A stretch of 64,000 bases of DNA from Anaerolineae bacterium (GTDB taxonomy: Bacteria; Chloroflexota; Anaerolineae; 4572-78; J111): contig JAGRBZ010000007.1 in NCBI GenBank assembly GCA_020433805.1, forward strand, positions 249 to 64,248, read 5' to 3'. Below the pieces are notes generated by a model, which saw nothing but the letters and a program-made list of their open reading frames with translations, was not told where the DNA came from and did not search any database. This document shows, in pieces, positions 25,545 through 35,526 of this stretch. Both the position numbers and the translations under genes were made by a program. The first letter of the stretch is position 1, and every line of letters begins with the position of its first letter.

Positions 25545-28500
25545 ATGCCGACGTTTGCTACAAGTCCGTTACCTGTACCCGAATCGTGGAAAGAGTTTGA
25601 AAAAATAGCCAGAGACATATACGCACGCCTTTGGCAAGATCCTAATGCTGAACTCAATGGACGTGACGGCCAATCGCAGCATGGCGTAGATGTTTATGGT
25701 CAACCTTGGGATTTGCAAGGTAGATATGTAGGTGTTCAATGCAAACGTTACAGAGAGACTAAACTCACCAAAACAAAGATCATAAAGGAAATTAAAAAAG
25801 CTGAACAATTCACCCCAAAGTTATTTGAGTATATTATCGTCACGACAGAGGTCAAAGATGGTGCTTTGCAAGAAATCGTTCGGGAAATAAATGTTGAACG
25901 TCTGGCAAACCAAAAGTTTCCTGTTCGTTTAGTCTTCTGGGAAGATCTATGTACCAACTATTTAGCCCATCCCGATTATCGCGATCTCCTACGTGAAATT
26001 GCTCGAAAACATTACTCGGATTGGGTAAACCTTTTTTCAGAAATAAAAGCTTTAGAAAGTTCGTCAATTTTTCAAATCAGTGTCGAGCGTGAACATAATC
26101 TTGGATCCCTCACCTTGCAAGAACGCCATCTCCAAGAACGATTGGAGGTTTTGAGAGCTGAAGCTAATAATGGCTACAAAGAAGCCATACAACCACAGGT
26201 AAGTGCATTGGTTTCAGATATGGAAAATATTGCTCAAGATGCTAACCTTGACTCGGAATTACAGGGACAGGTTTATCGGCTTGCAGCAAATGTTGTCTTA
26301 CCCAATCGTCCTGGTGGAGATACCAAGCAATGTAGAAATTATCTCTTGAAAGCACGAACATTTTCATCTTCAGGTGACGGACTTGTCAAGTGTCAGATCA
26401 TCGAAGCTTTATTGGCCTATCTAACACGTGGCTTAGACGTTGCTCTGGCAATGGTGGATGACATCGAGGGTAAAGAAGCTGACCGTTTCCGATTTAGCAT
26501 GTATTTGGAGAATAATGAATGGGCCGCTTGCACGACGTTGCTGCAAACCTATAAAGAAACCGACTTGTCCAACACGAAGGACTGGTTGCGATTGTTGGTC
26601 TTGTATTATGCAGGGGTTGGCAATCGGGTAAAGCTAGAGGAAATATCAGAACAATTGCTGGCTTCCATTAGTCATGCAGACCACTATATGATGGCCGGAT
26701 TCGCCTGGGTACGTTTGGCCTACCGACAGTACCAACATTTTTGCGAAAAACATGATGTTTGTCCCGCTTTACATATAGAACTAGCTCTGGATGAGTTAAT
26801 AGATTTTGAGGCTCGACAACAAGCCCTAGATATGTTCGCCCGAGCTTTTGAGATATATCGCGAGAAAAACTGTATTTTAACCGCGCAGCAAGCTCTACTA
26901 ACAGCAATACAATTAGCAATGGATGAGTCAGACTCCAAACGATTAGACCAGCTCCTTGAGCAGCTACAGGCACTTGATCCACAACACCCTCTCGTGATAT
27001 TGAAAAGGGATGAAATTAGGTTATCCAAACTAGCCAAACCGGAAGCTGTAACTGAGCAATTAGAGAAGTTACTCATTGATTCTGAAACTGACCTAGCCCT
27101 TGGTCTTGCCCTTGATGTGTCTCAAGAGGATGAAACTATAACCAAACAAGTTGCTTACCTGCTGGCACATCATCAGACACGTTTTGAACACGACGATATT
27201 GCTTCTGTCCAGTTTTTATACAAAGTCTTTCACTTGCATATGCAAGCAGATGCTCAGCCAGAAGCAAAAACTTGGCTAGATAGCCTATCCCCCCCAGAAC
27301 GTTATGGTCATCTACAACCACTTTTACAATTTATATTCTATATCAAACATGATCCACCCTTAGCTCCTCAATACTTAGAGCAAGCATTAGAAAAGTACCC
27401 GGAACACCCAGAAATTTTGGCGGTTGCAACAAAATATTATTGGGGGCAAGGGGATTATCAGCGACAGATTGAGTATGCCAGAAAACTATTCGCAATTCTA
27501 CCTATTGCGTCAGTTGCCATAGAAATTCTCAATGCGTTGATAGCTGCTCAGAATTATGACGTATTTTTGCAAGGTGTTAGTGAATTTGAAAGTCTATCCA
27601 TTCCTGAAGAAGCCATAAAGTCCAAGTGTGCCTACGCCCATCTTCGTTTAGGGCAGCCTCTGAACGCTTTGGAGCATCTAGAATGGTTGCATAATCAGAA
27701 TAAAGCGCGATTGGATGAATTAATAAACTTGGCTCGCATTCTTCAATATTTGGGACAATGGGGAGACGCTTTTGCTGTATTGGGTGATTGTGTCCAACTT
27801 TATCCAGAAGAACCTGAAGCATATTTAGAATTATCGCAAGCTTATTTAGACGCAGGCCAACGCGATGAGAGTTTCCAATGGGCTATGAAAGCTCGCAGTC
27901 GTTTCCGGTATAACGCGAATGTAGCAGTTCATCTTGTCCAGGTAAGCCACCTAACCGGATTTGAACATCGCTCTGACATTCAAAAAGTGTTTCAAGAATT
28001 TTCACTTGGCGGTCGTTTTGAAAGTACAGGGTATATGAGACCCGCATCACTAGAAGAAATCAGGTCAGCACTTAAGTCTCATCGGGATTTTTCTGAAAGT
28101 TTAGAGACCTCATATCGTCAAGGAAAGATATCTTCCATGATGTTATGCTATCTCCAACCAGGTTTCCCTAATGCTCTTTTCCGCTTTCATATCATCAGCA
28201 CTCAGTTTAAGCTTCCTCGATATGTGGCGGCCGGAGATCAACCCTTTGATGCGGCTTGGTTAAAAAAGAATAATCCCAAAGAGGTTGTTCTTGATTACAC
28301 GGCCATCTTGACCTTATGGTCATTGTATCGTGATGACTGGCTTGATACATTGCGTCACAATTTTCGCCAAGTCTGGGTTCCCGATAAACTCCTCCAGGCT
28401 ATGTACTCCGAGCAAAGGTTGATGAGGCAATATGGTCAACCATCACAATACAAAATACAAAGAGCCATTAGAGATGTCATCGAACAAAAACCGGGGAAAT

Positions 28501-31500
28501 TTCACATTCATTCTCAGGCCGATTCAGTAGATAGTTGGGGTGTAACGGGGATACACGCCGAAGCTCTAATTGCAGAGGAGAAAAATCTACCATACTTGAG
28601 TGAATACGACAATGATGAATTGATATCAACAACCCAAAACATAGGTTTGCGCTCCGTAGCCAGAGTCTTAAAAAAGAGTGGGGAAATCAATAATAAGACT
28701 CATCAACACTTAACCTCACAAGCTCGTCGACGTACCCGCTCAGAAAACAGATTGGTTTTACCAAAAGAAAGTGGTCTAGTAGTAGCTATGCCTGCTCTAA
28801 TTACCATTGTAAATGCTGGTGCGCTTGAGGAATTCTGTGATTATTTCGGTGAGATCCACCTCTCCCAATCTGCCTGGCAAAGAATTTTGGCCCAAATAGC
28901 AGAATTTGAGCGTACAGAAGAAATGATTCGTGAATTGCGCCACTTGCAAAGCATGTTGGGAGAAGCTGTACAGGATGGTTTTGTACAAGTTGGGGCCGCG
29001 TCGCCTGACCAAAGATTACTTTTACAGGCGGAACAAGACAAAAAAGATGACAATACACCTACCGAAGATGCTAATTCTTTAAGAGACATCAAGCAATTTT
29101 TGTCCGAATATCTTGATGACTTGCTGTGGATTGCCCATTCTCGTCAACTTTCAATTTGGGCAGATGATCGCTGGATGAGCAAATTTTATCCCAATGAGCG
29201 TAGACCAATATTTATCTTCGGCACAGACTCATTTCTAGAATGGGCACGAAGAAAGTCTTCAGATGATGATGAATATTTTGACAGATACAGTCGCATAATT
29301 GAGTGGGGATACCTAGGTCTACCATTACACCCAAACTACATTCTGTGGTTATTGAATCAAGACTTGCAACCGGAAGCCAAGATTTTTGCAGCTGCACTAT
29401 CCCTCTATCGTCAATATGTGATAGATATTTGGAATGCTTTCCGAATCACAGGAGAAATATCAGCCGAGTTCGGAACCAAACTTTTTGATCTATATAATCA
29501 GGCAATTATCTCAACGCTATTTCAATGTTTTGAGCAGGGAATTCTTTTAAAGACTTGCGCAGATATCTTTCGAGCTTTGGATTTGACTCGAAATACCTCA
29601 TTGGCGGAAGGCAATGAACCTCAATTCTTGGCAAGTCTGATAATTAGGGGTGTTAATGATGATTGCCTTGCACAATTGGATGGTGTCGAAGAATATTTAA
29701 CAAATTGGGCTCAATTTGTGAATTTCAACCGTTGGCTCGATAAAGTATTGCAAACATCCGGGGTTACGACGGAAGTAATACAGGAGGCTTGGTATGAGTT
29801 GTTGCAATCGCCTATTGCGATGTATGACAGTGCTAAAAATGAACAGGATAGGTTGATTGCTACACTTTTTTCACAAAGATTATTTGATGCAGCTCCAGAT
29901 CATGCTAAAGATTATTTGGTCAACAGCACCCTTGAGCCAACAATGCGACAAGCTTTTGGGTTTGATGCTCAATATTCTATCATTTTTACCAGTTCTGACG
30001 GCACGATACGAGCCAAAATTCCAGCCGAAGAATGGTCAAAAGACATTAACCAAGCAATTACAGAATTTGTAACCACCGAGTCCTCAGATCCTATAACTGT
30101 AGGAACTGCCACTATACAGGCCAACTGGGTAGCTTACGGATCAATATTCCTGCGATATAAAGAGTTTCCCTCAGAACTGCACAATGATCAGCCTGACGCT
30201 AAATTCCTTGACGGAGACTCCATCAGCATTCTACCGTATGCTACTTCGGAAAATATGAAAGAACGTTTAGGCTTCTGGTTTCAGGGGCTACGAAAACTAA
30301 AAAAGATGGACGGTGACTATGACGAATGGTTAATGTTATGTAACGACATCGAGTCTGAATCATCGGCGGACGTTACAGAAGCCGGACATCGACTCCAGTG
30401 TATTTTGTTTGGTCAGTTGACAATAGCGAAAGATTACCTTACTGAAGCAACGCAAATAGGGTCTCAAGCCATCTTACATGTATTAGCTCACATAGAACCT
30501 CAAGTAGTTCGGCGATGGTTAGATCTGCCCCAGTTAGATTGGGAAACCTCGGATAGCCTGACAACTTGGGCCAAGACCGGAATAGATGAGTTGTTATCAA
30601 ATGCAAACGACACCGCAAGAATTGATTTGCTCATAAACAATTATTCGAGTTTTGGATACTCAATTTTTCCGGATGCTTTGGTTTGGCAAGAGGCTATTGA
30701 TCAATCACTAGAAGATTGCAGCCTAGCAGAGTTGCGACGTGCAATTGATGATTTAGCGATTTTGAGCGAAAAAAGCCGATCGATGCCACTAAAAGCGAAC
30801 GTCCTTTTATCACTACTTCGTTTGGAACAAATAATTGATGATGCTGAGCTTGAAGCCAGTATCTCTGAACGTATCCATAAACTAACAGCCTGTATCGCAC
30901 AACCTTGGAAATCTACTGATGAGCAGGATCGATCCTATCAAAAATTAGAACAGACGCTATGTGATTACCTTTACATGGCTTGGCTCAAACAAAATAGCTC
31001 TGATCAAGATGTATTGCGAGAAATTGCATATCTCGCCTATCTGGGCGCTGCGATTATCACAGATATGTTGGCTAGTTCCGGTTTGTTGCTACTTGAATAT
31101 ATTGATGATCTAATAAGGGAGTTAACTACAGTTGCTCAAAAACGTTGGACAAAGGAAGGCATTGTGGCCCGGCAACCACACGGTATATTTAAACCAAGGT
31201 GGGGTGTAAACCTAAATTACGCTCTTGCATATTTGCTTAGGGTTAACATCCTGAACCAGCTACATTTAGGCAAACTTGCTACTAACTCAACAACTCGTCA
31301 AACATTACTTGATGCTGGTTCACTCTACCGTCTCATTCAAGCATACATTCCTAATCTTAGCCCTAAAGAAGATTGGCTTGACTCCTTACTCGTGGCAGAC
31401 ATTGGGCAAGGGATAGCTTACATCATATCAACAGCACTTGGGGACGAATTGGAGATTTGGCCAGAGGAAGAGCAAGTAAAATTCAACATCTGTAGTACGC

Positions 31501-32090
31501 CGGAAACTGGTGTTGCTATGATCGCTGAAAGGTTAAGAAATCTTCCTGCAGCCAATGAAAATGAGATTTCACATATCGTTGGTATGTCATTCGTCTCAGC
31601 GCCAACTTGGAGTGAAGAAGCCTATCAGCTTGTTGCTGTTTTATTGTATCCAGATATTCTTAATCAAATCATGCGTTTTCCAGTTGCCTATGGAGAACTT
31701 GTGGCACAGCTTATCTATTTGCTAGCAACCGATGAAACACTTTCTACCGAGCTTGCAAATCAGGCAAAAAACCTGGTATTTGGCTTGCCACCACAACTGG
31801 ATAATAGAAGCGATCTTATAGTAACACAGGCGAGGGTATTGTCAGGGGTAATCAACTTTACCCCATACACAAAAAACATAGAAACTTGGCTAAAAGATTT
31901 GACAACTGATACGGTGATAGAGACTTCTATGGTGAGACGTGGCCTAATGCCGTTTGTAAAGTCATGGCCTCATTATGAATATGAGATTAAACAAATTGTT
32001 GGAAAAGCCCTTGCTGAAATTGCAACTATCCCACGATTTTCAAATCTATGGGAACTTAAACGAATTAGCCGCGAGTTTACTCCACAATAG
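25545..32090 (+). CDS. Giant (about 2181 aa) Mrr-like PD-(D/E)xK nuclease + TPR array + PIN-like domain + long helical C-terminal region; no P-loop detected
   Basis: N-terminus HGVDVYG...YVGVQCKRY...YIIVTT (D...Q-x-K core). TPR-like helices, for example PEAYLELSQAYLDAGQRDESFQWAMKA. VVLDYTAIL...SEQ...SEYDNDEL at aa 915-1060. No GK[ST] appears anywhere. Start set at ATG 25545 after AAGAGGA. AT-rich. Confidence 0.75.
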   Translation: MPTFATSPLPVPESWKEFEKIARDIYARLWQDPNAELNGRDGQSQHGVDVYGQPWDLQGRYVGVQCKRYRETKLTKTKIIKEIKKAEQFTPKLFEYIIVTTEVKDGALQEIVREINVERLANQKFPVRLVFWEDLCTNYLAHPDYRDLLREIARKHYSDWVNLFSEIKALESSSIFQISVEREHNLGSLTLQERHLQERLEVLRAEANNGYKEAIQPQVSALVSDMENIAQDANLDSELQGQVYRLAANVVLPNRPGGDTKQCRNYLLKARTFSSSGDGLVKCQIIEALLAYLTRGLDVALAMVDDIEGKEADRFRFSMYLENNEWAACTTLLQTYKETDLSNTKDWLRLLVLYYAGVGNRVKLEEISEQLLASISHADHYMMAGFAWVRLAYRQYQHFCEKHDVCPALHIELALDELIDFEARQQALDMFARAFEIYREKNCILTAQQALLTAIQLAMDESDSKRLDQLLEQLQALDPQHPLVILKRDEIRLSKLAKPEAVTEQLEKLLIDSETDLALGLALDVSQEDETITKQVAYLLAHHQTRFEHDDIASVQFLYKVFHLHMQADAQPEAKTWLDSLSPPERYGHLQPLLQFIFYIKHDPPLAPQYLEQALEKYPEHPEILAVATKYYWGQGDYQRQIEYARKLFAILPIASVAIEILNALIAAQNYDVFLQGVSEFESLSIPEEAIKSKCAYAHLRLGQPLNALEHLEWLHNQNKARLDELINLARILQYLGQWGDAFAVLGDCVQLYPEEPEAYLELSQAYLDAGQRDESFQWAMKARSRFRYNANVAVHLVQVSHLTGFEHRSDIQKVFQEFSLGGRFESTGYMRPASLEEIRSALKSHRDFSESLETSYRQGKISSMMLCYLQPGFPNALFRFHIISTQFKLPRYVAAGDQPFDAAWLKKNNPKEVVLDYTAILTLWSLYRDDWLDTLRHNFRQVWVPDKLLQAMYSEQRLMRQYGQPSQYKIQRAIRDVIEQKPGKFHIHSQADSVDSWGVTGIHAEALIAEEKNLPYLSEYDNDELISTTQNIGLRSVARVLKKSGEINNKTHQHLTSQARRRTRSENRLVLPKESGLVVAMPALITIVNAGALEEFCDYFGEIHLSQSAWQRILAQIAEFERTEEMIRELRHLQSMLGEAVQDGFVQVGAASPDQRLLLQAEQDKKDDNTPTEDANSLRDIKQFLSEYLDDLLWIAHSRQLSIWADDRWMSKFYPNERRPIFIFGTDSFLEWARRKSSDDDEYFDRYSRIIEWGYLGLPLHPNYILWLLNQDLQPEAKIFAAALSLYRQYVIDIWNAFRITGEISAEFGTKLFDLYNQAIISTLFQCFEQGILLKTCADIFRALDLTRNTSLAEGNEPQFLASLIIRGVNDDCLAQLDGVEEYLTNWAQFVNFNRWLDKVLQTSGVTTEVIQEAWYELLQSPIAMYDSAKNEQDRLIATLFSQRLFDAAPDHAKDYLVNSTLEPTMRQAFGFDAQYSIIFTSSDGTIRAKIPAEEWSKDINQAITEFVTTESSDPITVGTATIQANWVAYGSIFLRYKEFPSELHNDQPDAKFLDGDSISILPYATSENMKERLGFWFQGLRKLKKMDGDYDEWLMLCNDIESESSADVTEAGHRLQCILFGQLTIAKDYLTEATQIGSQAILHVLAHIEPQVVRRWLDLPQLDWETSDSLTTWAKTGIDELLSNANDTARIDLLINNYSSFGYSIFPDALVWQEAIDQSLEDCSLAELRRAIDDLAILSEKSRSMPLKANVLLSLLRLEQIIDDAELEASISERIHKLTACIAQPWKSTDEQDRSYQKLEQTLCDYLYMAWLKQNSSDQDVLREIAYLAYLGAAIITDMLASSGLLLLEYIDDLIRELTTVAQKRWTKEGIVARQPHGIFKPRWGVNLNYALAYLLRVNILNQLHLGKLATNSTTRQTLLDAGSLYRLIQAYIPNLSPKEDWLDSLLVADIGQGIAYIISTALGDELEIWPEEEQVKFNICSTPETGVAMIAERLRNLPAANENEISHIVGMSFVSAPTWSEEAYQLVAVLLYPDILNQIMRFPVAYGELVAQLIYLLATDETLSTELANQAKNLVFGLPPQLDNRSDLIVTQARVLSGVINFTPYTKNIETWLKDLTTDTVIETSMVRRGLMPFVKSWPHYEYEIKQIVGKALAEIATIPRFSNLWELKRISREFTPQ

Positions 32091-32446
32091 GTGGGTAATT
32101 CTCGTGAAATTGGTAGATCATTGCCAAAACTACGTATAGGCTATGACACCGTCGTCGACCCCATTACCACTACGTTTTTAATTCTAAACCCTCGATATCA
32201 TTCGAAACAAAACCCTTGAACCAACCTTTCTCATCTAATATGCTGCTCCTGTAACCACAAAATCGACGTCTTCTAATTGCTCTTGTGCGGCCAAGTTTCT
32301 GACCATAGGTTCCAAATTACCACTTTTTTGGGTCCGTAACGCCAATATTTTTGGCCGTAAAACACAAACGAGAGGTATTGACCCAACTCGCCAGGAATGA
32401 TACGCTGACAAAAATCTCTAATGAAATTACGGGACAGGAGGCCAGC

Positions 32447-33364
32447 GTGAATATCGAGGCTTTTCTACAGTTTCTGCAGGCGGAAGATCGGGCCGAGCGG
32501 ACCATTGCCGGCTATGCGCGTGATCTGACCAAATTTCTGGCATGGTTTGAACAAACCACCGGCCGGCAACCCCAGCCGGCGATTGTCACCCCGCTAGACA
32601 TCCGCGAATATCGCCGCCATTTGCAGCAGGAAAAACGGCTCAAACCGGCCAGCGTCAATCGCCGTCTGGCCGCGCTGCGGGTCTATTTCCGCTGGGCTAC
32701 CGAAACCGGTCTCATTGCCGCCAACCCGGCGGCATCCATCAAGATGCTGCCCCAAATCGGGCAAGGTCCCCGCTGGCTGGAGCGGGACGAAGCCTACGCC
32801 CTGATCCGGGAAGCGGATGCGACCATTCGATTGGCCAAGGCTAAAGAACTGACCCCCTCAGCCAATCTGGCCACCCGCAACGCCGCGATTTTGTCGTTGT
32901 TGCTGCACGGATTGCGAGTGTCGGAAGTGTGTGCGCTACGTCTGGAAGATGTAACCATCAGGGAGCGAAGCGGCAAGGTAGTGGTTCATGCCGGCAAGGG
33001 CAACAAATACCGGGAGGTGCCGATCAATGTCGATGCCCGCCAGACCGTGTCGGCCTGGTTAAAGGTACGGCTGGATGATAACGGCATCTACCTTTTCACC
33101 GGACGGCGCGATCAACAGTTGCAACCCCGGGCCGTTCAGCGCTTTTTGGATCGGCTGGCCCGGCGGGCCGGTCTTGATCCACAGAAAGTGACGCCCCACG
33201 CCTGCCGCCATACCTTCGGCAAGAGTTTGGTCGATGCCGGCGAGTCGCTGGACCGGGTAGCGATCTTGATGGGGCATAATGACCTGTCGACGACTGCCCT
33301 TTACACCACCCCCTCGCGGACGGACCTGGCCAGTGCGGTTGAGAAAATTGCCTGGCAGGATTGA
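32447..33364 (+). CDS. XerC/XerD-like tyrosine recombinase
   Basis: LHGLRVSEV (Arg), HACRHTFG (H-x-x-R), GHNDLSTTALYT (Tyr). Start proposed at GTG 32447 (GGAGG 7 nt upstream); the longest ORF starts at 32351. Confidence 0.88.
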   Translation: MNIEAFLQFLQAEDRAERTIAGYARDLTKFLAWFEQTTGRQPQPAIVTPLDIREYRRHLQQEKRLKPASVNRRLAALRVYFRWATETGLIAANPAASIKMLPQIGQGPRWLERDEAYALIREADATIRLAKAKELTPSANLATRNAAILSLLLHGLRVSEVCALRLEDVTIRERSGKVVVHAGKGNKYREVPINVDARQTVSAWLKVRLDDNGIYLFTGRRDQQLQPRAVQRFLDRLARRAGLDPQKVTPHACRHTFGKSLVDAGESLDRVAILMGHNDLSTTALYTTPSRTDLASAVEKIAWQD

Positions 33365-33366
33365 CC

Positions 33367-34027
33367 TCAATTACGCAGATCAGTGAGTCGTTGTTGACTG
33401 CCGGTGCCGGGCGAAAAAGTCCCAGATCTCAGCCAGGCCGTCAATGTCTTGATTTTTGGGGCCGAGGAACCACGCCCCAGACGGCCCAGGGGATCCGGTC
33501 CGGGTAAGGTGTGACCTCCATTTTTGATGCGATAAAAGATGACCTCTGGCGCAAATGCGTTGGGCATCGATGGTGAACGTGCTTTCTGCCCAGTTAATCA
33601 GGGCCAGGATGAAGCCAACATCATCGGCAGTTGTGGCCAGGTCGGGGCTGGTTGCGCCGGTGCGGCAGTCGTTCCAGTGGTGGCTGCCGGCGTTGTTCGG
33701 ATCAGGCTGCCCTTCCGGCAAAAGGAGAATGAACCGGTGTTCATCGGCCAGCGTTTTCCAGCGCTGTCCCGCCTCAAACGTCCAGGTGTTGTGGGCGTTC
33801 TGACCGCCACCGTGTAACAAGATGACCAACGGTACCGGGCTGTCCGGCAAGTCGGGCGGCACATAGTAGGCAAAGGTACGGGTTAGCTGGTCGTAACCAA
33901 GGCTGCCCCACTGCAACTGTTCAGCCGCGATTTGCATCCGGTGCGGGCCGGGGTTGAGCTGGCAGCCCAGCAGCATTACCAGCATTAAGCCTACAAGCCT
34001 GATCAATCTGTAGTCGAAACGGTTCAT
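33367..34027 (-). pseudogene. PHB-depolymerase/LpqC-family esterase lipoprotein, internally deleted and frameshifted
   Basis: Signal peptide with LLGC lipobox, then VILLHGGGQNA...ADDVGFI...IDAQRI. The nucleophile-Ser segment is missing. A second frame (33367-33567) carries ...NGGHTLPG, and the first frame ends ...IDGLAEIWDFFARH. Confidence 0.6.
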
Positions 34028-34192
34028 CGTAACATCCTTGAAGCATTGGTAAAATTGTGCTTGTTACTATGTATACAGCCTGACGCGCGAAAAGTTGCAG
34101 TCTCGAGTTAAGCGGGTCAGGCCATCTATTTTGAGCGCCGGGGCCGTCCGGCTAGAATACCCTTCTGAATTTAATGGTAAAGGAATGAATTG

Positions 34193-34414
34193 ATGAATAG
34201 CCTACCCCCTGAATTTGAGGCATTGAACCCCCAGATCGAGGGCATGCCGGCTGAAGTAGTTCAAGCCTTCCGCTACAGCCTAGCCCGGTTGCTGGTTGAA
34301 GCAGGCCGATTAAGTGATGTCTCTAGCGGTGGCAATACGGCCAGTTCTGGACTGCTGGCGGTTCTGAATTTGAATTGCCGAACCCCCACTTGCCGGCAGC
34401 ACAGGCCAAAATGA
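34193..34414 (+). CDS. Small hypothetical protein, possibly frameshifted (alternative C-terminus runs to 34449)
   Basis: AAGGAA lies upstream of ATG 34193. A protein-like continuation ...YGQFWTAGGSEFELPNPHLPAAQAKMMEDHLRWLMGL sits in another frame and ends at TAG 34447-34449. Confidence 0.3.
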   Translation: MNSLPPEFEALNPQIEGMPAEVVQAFRYSLARLLVEAGRLSDVSSGGNTASSGLLAVLNLNCRTPTCRQHRPK

Positions 34415-34961
34415 TGGAAGACCACCTGCGTTGGCTGATGGGGTTGTAGCTTTGATCAGGCTTCCTGCCGGGGCAGTGACGCCATCCACTCAACCCGCAG
34501 ATTGGTCACCTCAGCTTGCTGCTGGATAGTTGTTTTTTGGCCCACCGCTATCGGTTCGTTGTGATGGTCACCAGGGGTTGAGCTTTGCTCAAGTCGTCCC
34601 CGGTTACGCGGCTTTTAGCCGGCTCCTCTGGGCTGACCTGGCCTATCAAGGTACGGTCATTTACATCTGTCCCAACAGCACCACCCCCGCCGATGTGCGG
34701 CAGATATATGGTCAGATCCACCTGACCCGGCCGGATGTGGGGTACGGTTGGTGTAGCAAAGTTGGCCTACCGCAACTGGTCACAGTGAGACGACCAAGCC
34801 GCGCCTGAAATATATTGAAGTCTGGTTTTCTTCGGTGCTGCCGGATATCTTGGAATTCCGAAGTTCGCAGGATATCCAATAGCCAGCGCAAAATTTTCTT
34901 GTATTTTCACTATTATGGAGTATACTCAGGATAAATCAGCTTACGGTAAGGAATAGAGCTT

Positions 34962-35423
34962 ATGACAATTGTCCTTGATTCCTACATCATCCCCGAAAAG
35001 GGAATGGTTGAACTCAAAGTCGACCGCGCGTTCGAGATCAAGGTGACAGCCGAAGAAGCACGACGCCGGGTTAATCGTTGGCTGCACGACGAGGTTAGTA
35101 TGCTGATGCGTGCTCTGTCACCCAGCCTGGTTGTCGGAGAGCAGATTGTCTGGCGTGTCCCTGCCTCGCTTGGGATGCCTCATCTTGGACAGGTCGGGAC
35201 AGTGGGGACGGTTGATGTCGATGTCACCACTGGCGAAATGACCAATACGTCGGAATACAAGGCGGAACTTGAACGCTGCGCCAAGGCGCTGGCCACCCGG
35301 CTGCCACCCTATCAACCTCGAAAAAAGACCCCTCCTGAGTATGTGGCGAAAAATGTGCCACCTGCTCCGAACTTACACATCCCTGAAGATGAGCAAGCAC
35401 CGCTCGTTATTTCTGAAGAATGA
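34962..35423 (+). CDS. Hypothetical protein (153 aa), no recognisable motif
   Basis: Clean ORF with AAGGAA upstream. It sits 100 nt upstream of the C39-like peptidase gene on the same strand. Confidence 0.55.
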   Translation: MTIVLDSYIIPEKGMVELKVDRAFEIKVTAEEARRRVNRWLHDEVSMLMRALSPSLVVGEQIVWRVPASLGMPHLGQVGTVGTVDVDVTTGEMTNTSEYKAELERCAKALATRLPPYQPRKKTPPEYVAKNVPPAPNLHIPEDEQAPLVISEE

Positions 35424-35526
35424 CATTAACCCCAAAGCAAAAGCTACTCTACGGCTATATATTCCACTTAATGCCGGTACTTAAAGTGGCCGGGGCAGAG
35501 ATAACTATGACGACTGGAAGTTTTCG

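Noticed and set aside
34530-34808. 92-aa plus-strand ORF
   Set aside because: It has no RBS or motif and sits in a region that looks like degraded sequence between pseudogenes. It is left unannotated.
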